Shown here: positions 12,600 to 24,475 of the stretch, one piece after another
Layout of the letters: each line of letters opens with the position of its first letter
Position numbering within the stretch: position 1 is the stretch's first letter
Assembly: GCA_951406725.2 (NCBI GenBank)
Contig: OX597814.1
Span: 170,252,001-170,316,000 of the forward strand
Reading direction: 5' to 3'
DNA: 64,000 nucleotides
Source of the DNA: Octopus vulgaris
Taxonomy: Eukaryota
The notes under the pieces: generated by a model
The model's input: only the letters and a program-made list of their open reading frames with translations
Databases searched by the model: none
What the model was told of the DNA's origin: nothing
Made by a program: the position numbers and the translations under genes

Positions 12600-13767
12600 C
12601 TTTGCATGGCTTCTAACGCCGGAGATTTACTACAGTATCAGCTGTTCACTACCAGTGACACCTCTTATTTTTCAAGCACCTTCCAGAGTAGTCAGGTGGT
12701 TCCAGGCAGTGCTGTTTTCTGCAAGTGCTGCACCTTTATTGCAGCCCCTATTTGTTCCACATACTTCTCAAGATTTTTGCTCACTGTTCCCAGGGCTCCG
12801 ACAATTATTGGTACTACTGCTACCTTTTTCATCGGCCACAACTGCTTAACTTCCCAAGCTAACCTGTCATATCTCTCGACTTTTCTTTCTTCCTTATCGC
12901 ATACCTTATTGTCAGCTGGGTACGCTATATCTATGATCCAGCATAGTTTGTTTTCTTTCTCAATTAAGACTATGTCCGGCTTCCTATTCTCTGTCTCATG
13001 GTCGCACTGAATCATAAAATCCCACAGGATCTTTGCATTTTTATTTTCGACGATGCCTTCAGGTTTGTGGTCATACCAATCTTTTGCTCTGACAAGTCCA
13101 TACTTGTTGCAAAGTGTCCAATGGACAAGCCTGGCTATATTGCCGTGGCATCTCTTATATTCCTTCTGCTGGTGGCTTTTAAATACATACCCAGCTTTTG
13201 CTTTCTTCAGAATCAGTGTTAGTGGTATCAAGCACAGTACAAAGATCAGTGGGGATAGGCAGTCCCCTCAGAAGATGCCCCTCCTAATTTCTACTGTCCC
13301 TAAACTTCTTCCGTATACTGTCAGGTCCATCCTCCAATTTGCCATACTTTTTCCAAGTAATCGCTCAGCATTCGATGGAATACCCAATAGGTCCATATAC
13401 TCCATAATCCAAGAATGTGGGATCATATCGTATGACATGGCTAAGTTACTTTTCCTCCTATTGCAGTCTCAAAGTACAGTTTTGTCTATCAGGAGTTGAT
13501 CCTTGGTACCTCTGCACTTACGCTTGCAACCCTTCTGCTCATGTGGCTGGACTCCACTTTTTTCTAGATGTTTGTACATTGACTCTACAAGTATTCCAGT
13601 CAATAATTTCCACATAAGTGACAAACAGGATATCGGCCTGTAATTGTCTATCGTAGTCCTACCCAATGTCAACCACTCTGGTGTTCCTTGGTCGGCATTT
13701 AATAAGGTGTTGAGTTGCGCAGCTATTCTTGCATGACATTCACCAAATCTTTTGATCCAGTAGCCTT
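12600..13767 (-). pseudogene. Internally deleted R4/Dong-like LINE (RT domain 0-2 plus RLE endonuclease)
   Basis: ORF 13469-13858 [35 protein letters not shown] and ORF 12692-13231 RKPDIVLIEK..IIDIAYPAD..KVERY..PIIVGALG; bounded by (TTG)n and (CAT/CAC)n. Confidence 0.85.
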
Positions 13768-14762
13768 CATCATCATCATCATCATCATCATCACCACCAC
13801 CACCACCACCACCACCACCATCACCATCATCATCATCATAGATTGTAGTCCCACCCACTTTACATTTCTTGAATGCTGTTAATTCTGATTTGAAATTTCA
13901 CTCGATCAATCAACATGTCACTGCTCGTTTGTTTATTTAGTAAGCCGGGTGTGTTGAGGGTTGTGTATCATATAACATATTCTTATAGATGTTATGCATA
14001 CTGCATACCTAACTGTACCGTATTTATGTCACAGTAAAAAAAATCTTAATAAAGCAATTATAGCAGGACCAAATAACCCATTCACATGTTTTTATTACGT
14101 TTTTATGCCACGCTTTAGGTTCCATATAAGTTCGGATACTTTTCAATGATATTGGAGATGCAGAATACCAAACAACAGTGAACTTTTTTTCATCGAAGCA
14201 TTCTGTGCTATGATAATGGATTGCTTAACTGATTTACGACAATCTATCTAACTCAGTGGTTCTTAACCAAGGCCCACATTACTCATGAGAGTCATTAGAT
14301 TTTGTTGATAAAATCAGGGGATATAATGAAAGAGACTTGCCCAAGGTACTACGCATTGCGACTGAACCTGGAAGCATGTGGTTAAGAAGCACACTCCTTA
14401 TCAAACAGCCACGCCCGCACCTTTCTCTCCCCCTCTATCTATCAACACAGACGTAGATGTGTAGTATGAATCTTGCTTCTCAGCCACGTGGTTCTGGATT
14501 CAGTCCCACTGCGTGGTACCTGTGAGCCAATCAAAGCCTTGTAAGAGGATTTGGTAGATGGAAACTGAAAGAAACCCGTCAAATATATAGTTGAAATTGC
14601 GAAGATAATCTGGTACTTGACTGAGGAAAGAAAACTTCAAATGACCCGTCCTTGTTTTCTTTGTATTGTGTATTTCAATGTTTTGTTGTCCTATTTTTGT
14701 ATCACCTAACTAACTGGATGTTTGCATTCTTGTCCCATTTTGTATTTTAAATATTTAAATAT

Positions 14763-15653
14763 ATTACTGGCGACAAAGGGTCTCTCGCTCAGAGTGAAAG
14801 GTAGATTGTATGATGTATGTGTGCAAACCGCCATGTTTCACGGTAGTGAAACATGGGCAGTGACTGCAGAGGACATGCGTAGACTTGAAAGAAATGAAGC
14901 TAACATGATCCGCTGGATGTGTAATGTCAGTGTGCACGCACGACAGAGTGTAAGCACCCTGTGAGAAATGCTGGACATAAGAAGCATCAAATGTGGTGTG
15001 CAAGAGAGACGCTTGTGATGGTATGGTCATGTACTGCGGATGGATGAGGAGAGATGTGTGAAGAAGTGCCGCTCCCAAACAGTTGAAGGTATCAGGGGGA
15101 GAGGTAGACCCAGGAAGACATGGGATGAGGTAGTCAAGCATGACCTCAGAGCGTTGGGCCTCACAGAAGCAATAACGAAGGACCGAGATCTCTGGAGATA
15201 TGCTGTGACTGCAAAGACCCGGGCTGCTTCCTGCATCAGTTCCACATAGCCCCAGCCCATTCAAAGTACCTTGGATTTCAAAACAACCTGCTGTATTTGA
15301 GGAAACCTATTGAGTCAAGTACATGAACATCGAAATAAATATCAAATGGAAATAGTAGTTGTGATACCTGTGCCGGTGGCACATAAAAAGCACCATCCGA
15401 ACGTGGCTGATGCCAGTGCCGCCTTGACTGGCTTCTGTGCCGGTGGCATGTAAAAAGCACCAACCGATCGTGGCCGCTGCCAGACTCCCCTGACACGTAA
15501 AAAGCACCCACTACGTTAGGAAGGGCATCCAGCTGTAGAAACACTGCCAGATCAGACTAGAGCCTGGTGCAGCCTCCTGGCTTCCCAGACCCCGGTCGAA
15601 CCGTCCAACCCATGCTAGCACGGAAAACGGACGTCAAACGATGATGATGATGA

Positions 15654-15657
<4 letters not shown>
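14763..15657 (+). mobile_element. 5'-truncated RTE-clade LINE, sister subfamily with a variant 3'UTR
   Basis: KGLSLRVKGRLYD..HGSETW..WYGHV..GRGRPRKTW, with premature stops; ends ggacgtcaaacgatgatgatgat. Confidence 0.88.
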
Positions 15658-15687
<30 letters not shown>

Positions 15688-15869
15688 ATAAGGTTTGAAG
15701 ATATACAATTAGAACAGCAAAGGTTATAGTATAGATCTCAGTAAAAACAGCAATATATAGAGAAATATATACATACATATATATATTCTATTTTCCTCGA
15801 ATGAGGCTTTACATAAGACTACTTGGTGTAATTGATAATTTTTCCAAATTAATTAATTTCACCCTTCAT

Positions 15870-15871
<2 letters not shown>

Positions 15872-15926
<55 letters not shown>

Positions 15927-15957
15927 CATATATATATATACATACATGTATATATAT

Positions 15958-16041
<84 letters not shown>

Positions 16042-16045
16042 ATAT
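15872..16045. repeat. (TA)n microsatellite
   Basis: Long visible TA array. Confidence 0.95.
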
Positions 16046-16320
16046 AGCGGCATACGTACACTTTGGTCTCTTATATGTAAGTATATATATACATGTATAT
16101 GCAACACTAGTACATAGTATGAAGAAGATAAGCAAATCCATTTCCAATGAAAACGTATAATGTTGTTTCCTAAAGTATTTTAAAAGATGAATGAAATGTC
16201 TTTGATTTTAGGTCTATGAAGATTGCCTGGAAACTAAACAGCCACAACAATACTATTAGCAAGAACAATATGACTACCACACCACCAATATTGCCGGCCC
16301 ACTATGACAAGTTTCTAAAC

Positions 16321-16878
16321 CGGAGATTCTCAACCATTTCTTACGAATGTAACCTTTGATTACTTTTTATTCTGGTGGATTCCCCCCACCCCATGACCAC
16401 TCAATGTTTAAAAACTAGTTTCATAGAAACTTCTTTCAAAATTCTATTTTGTTTTTCACACATTAACTTGTGTGGGTTGAACTATGTAAAATGTTAGAGA
16501 AAGAAACACAGCTGCTTTTTGCAATACATACCAATACATACATCTAAAGGAGAATTTTTTTCAGGGGCCCTTAACCCTTTCATTACCAGCCCGGCTGAAA
16601 CTGGTTCTGCTTCTGTAGTACAAATGTCTTGTTTTCATAAGTTTTTAATTAAAATCTTCCACGAAACTTAGTCACAATTTATGTTCCTAACACTAGCTGA
16701 ATGATAACTAAATTATTTTACTAAATCCTTTGTTAAATTTAAAGTAATTGAAAGAAACACAGAGCATCTCAAAATAAATACAGTAATGAAAGGGTTAAAA
16801 TGTTATTGAATCCCCAATCTACTATTTTATAATGTAGACCCCTAAAAATTTTATATGGACCCAAGTTGAGAAAAACTG
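16321..16878. mobile_element. hAT (Charlie/MER1-like) MITE containing a nested piggyBac MITE
   Basis: Termini cggagattctcaacc ... gttgagaaaaactg; 8-bp TSD ttctaaac/atctaaac; uninterrupted relative at 42540-42847. Confidence 0.75.
16575..16794. mobile_element. piggyBac-type MITE (second family)
   Basis: TTAA|CCCTTTCATTAC ... GTAATGAAAGGG|TTAA. Confidence 0.88.
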
Positions 16879-17831
16879 ATCTAAACTAATGCAACCCATA
16901 TCATCACGATTATCAGCTCACTAACTTTTGAATCTAAATGGCTACAAAAGAAAGCATGTATGCCAACACTTGTGTATATGAGTAAATGTGTGTGTGTGTG
17001 TGTGCTTAAACCTTAAGACTGAAGTGCAAGCGGTGAATTACGTATAAAATCTGGCGACTCTTCAGCTGGCTGTAACCATATAGTATTTCTCTTTAGAAGG
17101 CCTTCACCTTTTCATCTCATCTTCATTTTAACATCCATATGAATAAGATAATTTTCCTCTTTCACAAAACAGATCTTTCTTGGACCAATTTTTTTTAATT
17201 ACATATTTGTTGTGAATAAATTAATCATCGCTATTTTTGATTTACCTTTAATCTAAGGTGTCTCGAAAGAGGCTATCAAGTAGAACTGAAGGTAGTAGTG
17301 CGAAAAGGAACCGTAAAGGGATTTTGCTGGACATTACAATTCATGTTTTAAATAGACTTGATGAGGAAGAAAAACTAAGTTATATTGCTAAAATATTAAA
17401 TCTTGCAAGCCTACAGTGGGAACAATACACGACAACAGAGAGAAAATTATGTCAAGTGCTGAAGAAGCTACTCTGTTAACTGCTCGCATCTTATTTTTCC
17501 ATAGGTCTAATGTAATGCTTAATACGAGTGTAGGGAACGAGGATCAGAATTGGCGTAATGTGCCGATAAACACGATGATGGTTAAGAAAGAGTTTACTTT
17601 ACTTTTGTTTTTTTTTACTTTTTACTTTTTACTTGTTTCAGTCATTTGACTGTGGCCATGCTGGAGCACCGCTTTTAGTCGAGCAAATCGACCCCAGGAC
17701 TTATTCTTTGTAAGCCTAGTACTTATTCTATTGGTCTCTTTTTGCTGAACCACTAAGTTATGGGGATGTAAACACACCAGCATTGGTTGTCAAGCGATGT
17801 TGGGGGGACAAACACAGACACACAAACATAT

Positions 17832-17868
<37 letters not shown>

Positions 17869-17966
17869 ACGGGAAGCTTTATGAAAATAAACAAAAGACG
17901 AAGGCAGGTGGAAAACAAACGAACAATTGTATTAGTATGGCGCTCAGGAAATATAAATAAAACAAG

Positions 17967-18004
17967 TCTTTAACGTTTCGAGCCTACGCTCTTCAACAGA
18001 AAGA
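17967..18004 (-). ncRNA. Minimal type-I hammerhead ribozyme-like motif (variant core CUGUUGA)
   Basis: Minus strand: UCUUU-CUGUUGA-A-GAGC(GUAG)GCUC-GAAA-CG-UU^-AAAGA. Stem I is 5 bp, stem II 4 bp, and stem III is the palindrome AACGUU. Confidence 0.6.
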
Positions 18005-18499
18005 TACACAGAGAGAGAAAAACACAGAAAGAAGGAGAGAAAAAAATGCGTGCAGTAGCTAACGAATCAACATGGCGATCTGATTTCGGCCAGAGGTCAA
18101 AGATCAAACATGAGACGCGAGAGCGAAATAAGGGGAGATAATAGGGTTAAAAATACAACAAACGGGACAGTTTATGCGAACAAGTTCAAGGTTGAAAGTT
18201 CAAGGTGAGAAATGTGTAGACGTCGTGGTATATTTTTTAAGGATTTCACATCAATGCAAAGTCACTTTGATCCGCGAAAGAGAGGTGCAGCCAATGGTAA
18301 GTATCCAAGAGGTAAAGAAAATCCAAGGTAGAGGTAAGTGTTGATAGTGGTATTGGTAGAATATAGGATGAAAGTGAGACCACGTGAGCGCATAATATAT
18401 AACGGGAAGCTTTATGAAAATAAACAAAAGACGAAGGCAGGTGGAAAACAAACGAACAATTGTATTAGTATGGCGCTCAGGAAATATAAATAAAACAAG

Positions 18500-18537
18500 T
18501 CTTTAACGTTTCGAGCCTACGCTCTTCAACAGAAAGA
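18500..18537 (-). ncRNA. Second, identical hammerhead-like motif
   Basis: Identical to 17967-18004, displaced by 533 nt. Confidence 0.6.
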
Positions 18538-18546
18538 TACACAGAG

Positions 18547-18578
<32 letters not shown>

Positions 18579-19279
18579 ATACGACAGGCTTCTTTCAGTT
18601 TCCGTCTACCAAATCCACTCACAAGGCTTTGGTCATCCCAAGGCTATAGTAAAAGACACTTGCCCAAGGTGCCACGCAGTGGGACTGAACTCGGAACCAT
18701 GTGGTTGGTAAGCACATGGTTTATATGATGATTTGTAGTAAAAGGAGGGTGAAACATCAAAAGAAAAACCCTTTTTGGCTGGTAATGGCTGGTTTAAAAG
18801 ATTTAAGGGGCTCGTGAACTTGTACAACATAAAAATGGCTGGTGAAGCTGCAAGCACAGGTACAAAGGCTGCAACTAATTATCCTGAACAGTTAAAGAAA
18901 ATTATTGCTGAAGGGAGCTAAACACCAGAGCAAGTGCACGATGTTGATGAAACTGCACATTTTTGGAAGCTCATGCCTGCTAGAATTTTATTTCTTGAGA
19001 GAAAAAAAATCAACACTAGAATTTAAAGCTTCTACTTTGAATCTTTAGCAGTTCACAGTGAAAAGATGTCGCGTTTGAAATATAATGGCTGGGTTCATAT
19101 ACATCCTTAAAATGAAACAACACATTGGTAGGTAACCAAAGGTATCAACAAATAGAAGAGAGAGAAGAGAACATCACCTTTCAAGTAACTCAGAATAGGT
19201 AAGCTTGCCAAAGTTTAATGCAGTTTAAATATGGAGATTAAAATTGTTTGTTATTGGATATTCATCGTGTACAGTGTAC

Positions 19280-20445
19280 CTAGTCAATTTCATCACCGTC
19301 ACAGGTGGACAGTCGAAATAAATAAGTAGACAAAATCCTTTCATTTTTATAATATTCTCTAACCAAGTAATAATATACAATTACAACATATAAATAAATA
19401 ATAGCAGGAGGACAGTCGAAATAAATAAATAAATAAATAGACAAAATCCAGATCTTTACCTTTTGATCTACAGATTTAAAAAATAATTTTTGGTAACTAA
19501 ACATTTTCAAACTTCGGACACTGGTAGAATGTGTCATATAAAACATCTTTTACTCTTAGCATTTTTGAGAAAAACCTAAATTTACGAAGTTATTTCACGT
19601 TAAAGTTGTCCTATTTTGGTAATTTCAACCAATCAATAACGTGTATTCAGCTGAATAAAATTACTGCTGTTGTTTGTCAACAACAACTTCCGGCAGTATA
19701 TATTTCGTTTGCCACAGTTATTTATGACAACTCTAACCCTAAAACCGTAACCCTAACCCTATAACCCTAACCCCAAAACCTTAAAGCTAAAACCAGTACA
19801 AACGCACGAACGATGTCATAAATAACAGTGACAAACGAAATATACACCGCCGATAGTTGTTGACAAACAACAGCAGTAATTTTATTCAGCTGAACACATG
19901 TCATTGATTGGTTGAAATTATCGAAATACGACTACTTTAACGTGAAACAACTTCGTAAATATAAGTTTTTCTCAAAGATGCTAAGAGTAAAAGATGTTTT
20001 ATATGACACATTCTACCAGTGTCCGAAGTTTGAAAGTGTTTAGTTACAAAAAATTATTTTTTAATCTGTAGGTCAAAAGGTAAAGATCCCCAAATCCTTT
20101 TACTTTTATAATATTCTCTAACCAATTAATAATACACAATTACAACATATAAATAAATAATAAATCAAAAAATGTGAAAACAACTAAAAAATATTCTCTA
20201 ATATACGACCGTGTAGATTAAAAAGGTATGGAAGACCCTACATACAAAAAAAACTATGTACATACAACGAATTAAAGAAAAGCCCGTGTAAACCACCGTT
20301 TATCCCGGTTTGTCCATTTATGCGGGAGCTCTGGGCAAAATGGCGATGTTTGAGACGTAAGTAATGTGTGTGTAAAGTTTGGTGACAATCGGTTGAGAAT
20401 TGTGGAAATGTATGCGTTAGTCAATATAGACACACACATACTGTG

Positions 20446-20450
<5 letters not shown>
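19280..20450 (-). mobile_element. Non-autonomous Helitron-like element with an internal ~105-bp duplication and a nested MITE
   Basis: Minus strand starts (TA)n-aaatcacagtatgtgtgtgtc..tctcaaccgattgtcaccaaacttt and ends with the hairpin cacc-tgtgac-ggtg followed by atgaaattgaCTAG. Confidence 0.5.
19450..20089. mobile_element. Long-TIR palindromic MITE (Merlin-like) with central (TAACCC)n-like repeats
   Basis: ~280-bp inverted arms, (a/g)gatctttacc...ggtaaagatcc termini, 8-bp TSD caaaatcc/ccaaatcc. Confidence 0.85.
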
Positions 20451-20520
<70 letters not shown>

Positions 20521-21250
20521 CACATATTTATATACATACACACACGCACACATATATATATTCTCACACATACGCATACCTATGTATGAACATCTATGCA
20601 TGTGTATACATTTGCGAATGTGAGTGTATGAATGTGTGTACGCGCGCCTATGTTTGCTTACATTTTTTAGATCGATGTAAACATTTTATTGTATGCAATA
20701 TATATGCTGCTTTGTGCGTGTGTGCGCGCGCGTGCATGTGTTGTTCGTTTGTGTGTGAAATTAAAAAATATAATTTACGATAAAAATTTTAATTTATTTT
20801 CATTAAAAACTGGCGAAATCAGAGCTTACTACAGTTCGCCTGCAATTAGCTGCCTCTGACTGTCACTCACTGCAACTCCGTTTGTTGTGTTACTCTTTTT
20901 TCCCTAGCGTCTTCGGTGTGAAGCCTTTAAATGTTATCCGCCTGCTTTAGCATCTCTCACTGCCACCACTACCACTCCATCTGTTGTTTTACTCTTCTTT
21001 GCCTACGGCGTGACCGACAGGTACACACTTTGCATTTTATCATTCGCTAACGTGTTCCTCTTCAAATGTTTTTGCGTTTTTATGTATCTATATTGTGCTG
21101 TGTATGTTTAGAAATTGTTATTTTCATGTACAAAGGTGTGTGATCGTGTTGCTTGTCCTCTGTCTTTTTATTCGTTCTTTCTTTTTCGAAAAATATTAAA
21201 TATTTTGGTGAAACTTTTTTGTTTTTGACAGTTAAAATAAGATGAAAATG

Positions 21251-21669
21251 GGATCTTTTCGGGTTGAACGGCAGTTTTTTAAAAATAATTTCCACGTAAC
21301 TAAACACTTTTAAACTTCGTATACTGGTAGAATGTGTTTATAAAACATCTTTTTCTCTTGGCTTTATTGAGAAAATTCTATAGTTTGTAAGATATTTCTT
21401 GTTTTTTCTTCTTCAATTTCTGCTACTTCAACCAATCAATGACGTCTATTGAGGTGAAAACATTCTGTGCCGTATGAATATGTCCCTCGTTTAAGAAACA
21501 AATTGGGTTTATTTACATTTCTGAAGAAAAAAAAGATACCCTTCCCCCCACCCCTAATCCTAACCCTAAAACAGAATGAAAGGCAATAGATCGATACTAG
21601 GGTCGTAATTATGGATGACAATTTCATATGACACCGCTAGAAAAACTGCCGTTCAAACCGAAACGATCC
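21251..21669. mobile_element. Related GGATC-terminated MITE (Merlin-like)
   Basis: ~29-bp TIRs ggatcttttcgggttgaacggcagttttt / aaaaactgccgttcaaaccgaaacgatcc; TSD tgaaaatg/ggaaaatg; internal ccctaatcctaacccta. Confidence 0.8.
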
Positions 21670-22114
21670 GGAAAATGAATGAATGAATAAAGAAAGAAAC
21701 AAACAAACAAACAAAGAAGACACTAATTGGTGAGTACATGGAGATTTGAACATGAGTGCAACAAGGAGCGAAGAAAGAGCATAGTGTCAGCAGACGTTGA
21801 ATTCAGAACTTGAAATTTTACGAAATATACATTCATGTATAATTCTTTGGATTTACTACCTTTGCTCTCACTCAAACGACATGTAATCTTTAAATGTGGT
21901 AGACAGTTCAATATAAGCATTAGAATGATGTATAATAGTTTACTTTAAATATAGACGAAGGAAAACAGAAAGGATAATTTAGTAGACTGTTTTAAGAAGA
22001 ATTAATTTTTTTTCAGTTTTCCGTTGTGTATTGAATATTTTTTGCCTATAATTGTAGTTTTTTTCCCCTTGTATTTTAGTAAAAGAAATATATATTGAAT
22101 ATACATACATACAG

Positions 22115-22179
<65 letters not shown>

Positions 22180-22183
<4 letters not shown>

Positions 22184-24475
22184 TAGTTCGTTCAGTCGAA
22201 GTCGACTCTCGGTTACTCAATGGATCAGTGTTCTCCAGCCAGTTCTATCCTGGGTCGCTTCTTTCAGATTGGCTATGGCCATTCCTGTGTCACTCTCGAT
22301 GGTGTCAACCCAGAGGGTTCTTGGTCGGCCTCTTCCTCTCTTTCTGGAGTGCAGTTACCATCTCGATTTATTTTGGAGCCAAGGAAGATGAAATCATCAA
22401 CCACTTCGATCTCTTCCTTATCGATCTTGATGCTGATGTTTGTTGTGGCTGCTGTTGACATGATCTTCGTTTTCTTGACATTGAGCTACAGCCCAAATTT
22501 CTCACTCTCTTTCTTGACTAGCAGGATAAGATTCTCTAGATTTTATTATTTTCTGCCAGCAGGGTTGTATCATCTGCATAGCGAAGGTTATTAATATTTC
22601 TTCCTCCACTCTTCACTCCAGTGCTGCTATCCTCCAGGCTTGCATTCCTCGTGACCTTTTCATCGTACATGTTGAAGGCTGCTGGTGACAGGATGCAACC
22701 TTGCCGAGTGCCTTTTCGAATCTCAAACCAATCAGTGTCGCCATATGGTGTTAAGAATACGAATAAAAATTCCCAAAATATGAAGTGTGCAAAAGGTAGA
22801 CTATTGACTAATAATAGAAGTTCCTCCGGCCATTTAAGTATGACGATTCGCCTATACAGCTAAGTGCTTTATAGGTGCGAAACCACTTTGTTTCAAGAGA
22901 GTGATCTAATAAGCTGGACAAGGTGTTCCCATTTCCATAACTTGTCATGATCAATGCTGTCAAAGGCTTTAGAGTAATGTACAGCTTCTTTTCGTATTCT
23001 CTTGCCTTTTCCATAATCCACCGTAGGTTGGCGATGTGATCGCGGCTGCCTCTTCCCTTCCTGAAACCAGCTTGCACTTCTGGCAATTCTCTCTCAGTAG
23101 TTGTGTTCAGGCACTTCTGGATGATTTTAAGGAGAATTTTCCTTACATGGGGGATCAGGGTGATGGTACGGTAGTTTGCGCAGCCCTTGGTGTCTCTTTT
23201 CTTTGGTATTGGGATGACAACTGACCTCATTCATTCCCTTGGCCACATACAGGTTCTCCATATTCGTTGGCAAAGCGATGTTAGTGTTTTTGCTGGTATT
23301 GGCTTGAGTAATTCTAGTGGTATGCCATTAGTACCTGGGACTTTTTCAGCTGTTTCATTGCCCATACCACCTCATCCTCTAGGATGTCTGGCTCCAGTTC
23401 CAGTGGCTTCTCTTCTGCCTGTTCATCGATGTTGTTCCCTGCATACAACTGTTCAGTGTACTCTTTCCATCTTTTTCTGATCCCTTCTTGGTCATGCAGT
23501 TCTTCACCATTTCTCCCACGGATGGTTGCTTCTCTGGCCATGAATGCTCTACGGGTCTTCTTTACATGTTGGTAAAGTTCTCTCACGTTCCCTTTCCTGT
23601 ATGCCTCCTCTTCCCTTGCACATTCCTCATTCCAGTATTTCTCTTTGTCCTTCCTGGCGGCCTGTTGGAACATTGCATTCAGGTGCCGCACTTCATCCCT
23701 GCTTCTGGTCATCTTTGCTCTCCTTCTCTCTTCTGCTATTGCAATAGTCTCCTCCGAAATCCACTTTGCTGATCTTGTGGGTTTCTTGTATAGTACATGT
23801 TTCTCTGCTGTTTCAACGACAATTACCTTCACATTCTCCCATATTTCTTTTGCTTCTTGATTCTCTTCGATGGCGAGCAGTTCGAAGCGCTTTCTGATCA
23901 CATTAGCATATGATGGACCGATCTTGTTGGTATCAAATTTCTGGTAAGCGGGTGGTCACTTGACGTTGCAGAATCACATCTTGATCTTGGCAACCAGAAG
24001 TTCATGGTTAGATCCACACTCTGCCCCAGGGAACATCTTCACAGCTTGGACTGAACTCTTCCACCGTTGCTGACATAGGATGTAGTCGATTTGATTGCGG
24101 TACGGTCCACTTGGCGACGTCCAGGTGTATAGCCGTCTTCTTGGTTGCCGAAACCAAGTATTGGTTAGCCGCATGTGTTATTCTTGACAAAATTGAACCA
24201 GTCGATCTCCTGCTTCATTCCGTTCTCCTAATCCAAATTCGCCAACGATGTCTGCTTCTGCCCTTTCTCCAATTTTGGCATTGAAATCTCCCAGAATATA
24301 CGTAACATCTGCTCGTGGTGTTTCCTCGATTGCGGCCCTGAATTTCTGCATAGAATTGTTCAATCTCATCTTCTTCGGCGTCGGCAGTTGGTGCGTATAT
24401 TTGTAGCAATGTGATGTTGGGTTTGGCTTTGATGCGAATGGTAATCACACGATCACTGATGGTCTGGTAACTTTC
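22180..24475 (-). pseudogene. RTE (BovB-like) LINE relic: APE endonuclease plus RT, frameshifted and deleted
   Basis: QIYAPT..GDFNAKIG..YTWTSP..NQIDYIL (APE); PIPKK..CANYRTI..QAGFRKGRG..RQGCILSP..RYADD (~22570)..FIFLGS. Confidence 0.92.
22748..22920. repeat. ~170-bp interspersed insert within the RTE relic; inverted paralog at 26790-26938
   Basis: ggtgttaagaatacga..gcaaaaggtagactattgactaat..ccggccattt..gtatgacgattcg..ctatacagctaa..tttataggtgcgaa matches the reverse complement of 26790-26938. Confidence 0.8.

Larger units (their letters stand above)
17862..18547 (-). mobile_element. Non-autonomous hammerhead-bearing retroelement (retrozyme or Penelope-like pLTR structure): identical 153-bp direct repeats, 533-nt period
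   Basis: 17862-18014 is identical to 18395-18547 as read by eye; the ~380-bp middle is non-coding; both ends abut (TA)n; each repeat holds a hammerhead-like motif. Confidence 0.7.
17625..18714 (-). mobile_element. SINE family A, split at its internal (TA)n by the 17862-18547 element
   Basis: Tail half at 17625-17830 and head half at 18578-18714. Confidence 0.88.
17258..19030 (+). pseudogene. Tigger/pogo transposase relic (CENP-B-type HTH and start of DDE), split by a SINE
   Basis: SRKRLSS..AKRNRKGILLD..IAKILNLAS..TIHDNREKI..; after the insertion ..FLAGNGWFKRFK..MAGEAAS..YPEQLKKIIAEG..PEQVHDVDETAHFWKLMPAR. Confidence 0.85.

Noticed and set aside
19732-19790. Telomere or chromosome-fusion relic
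   Set aside because: The short degenerate TAACCC tract is the internal spacer of a MITE.
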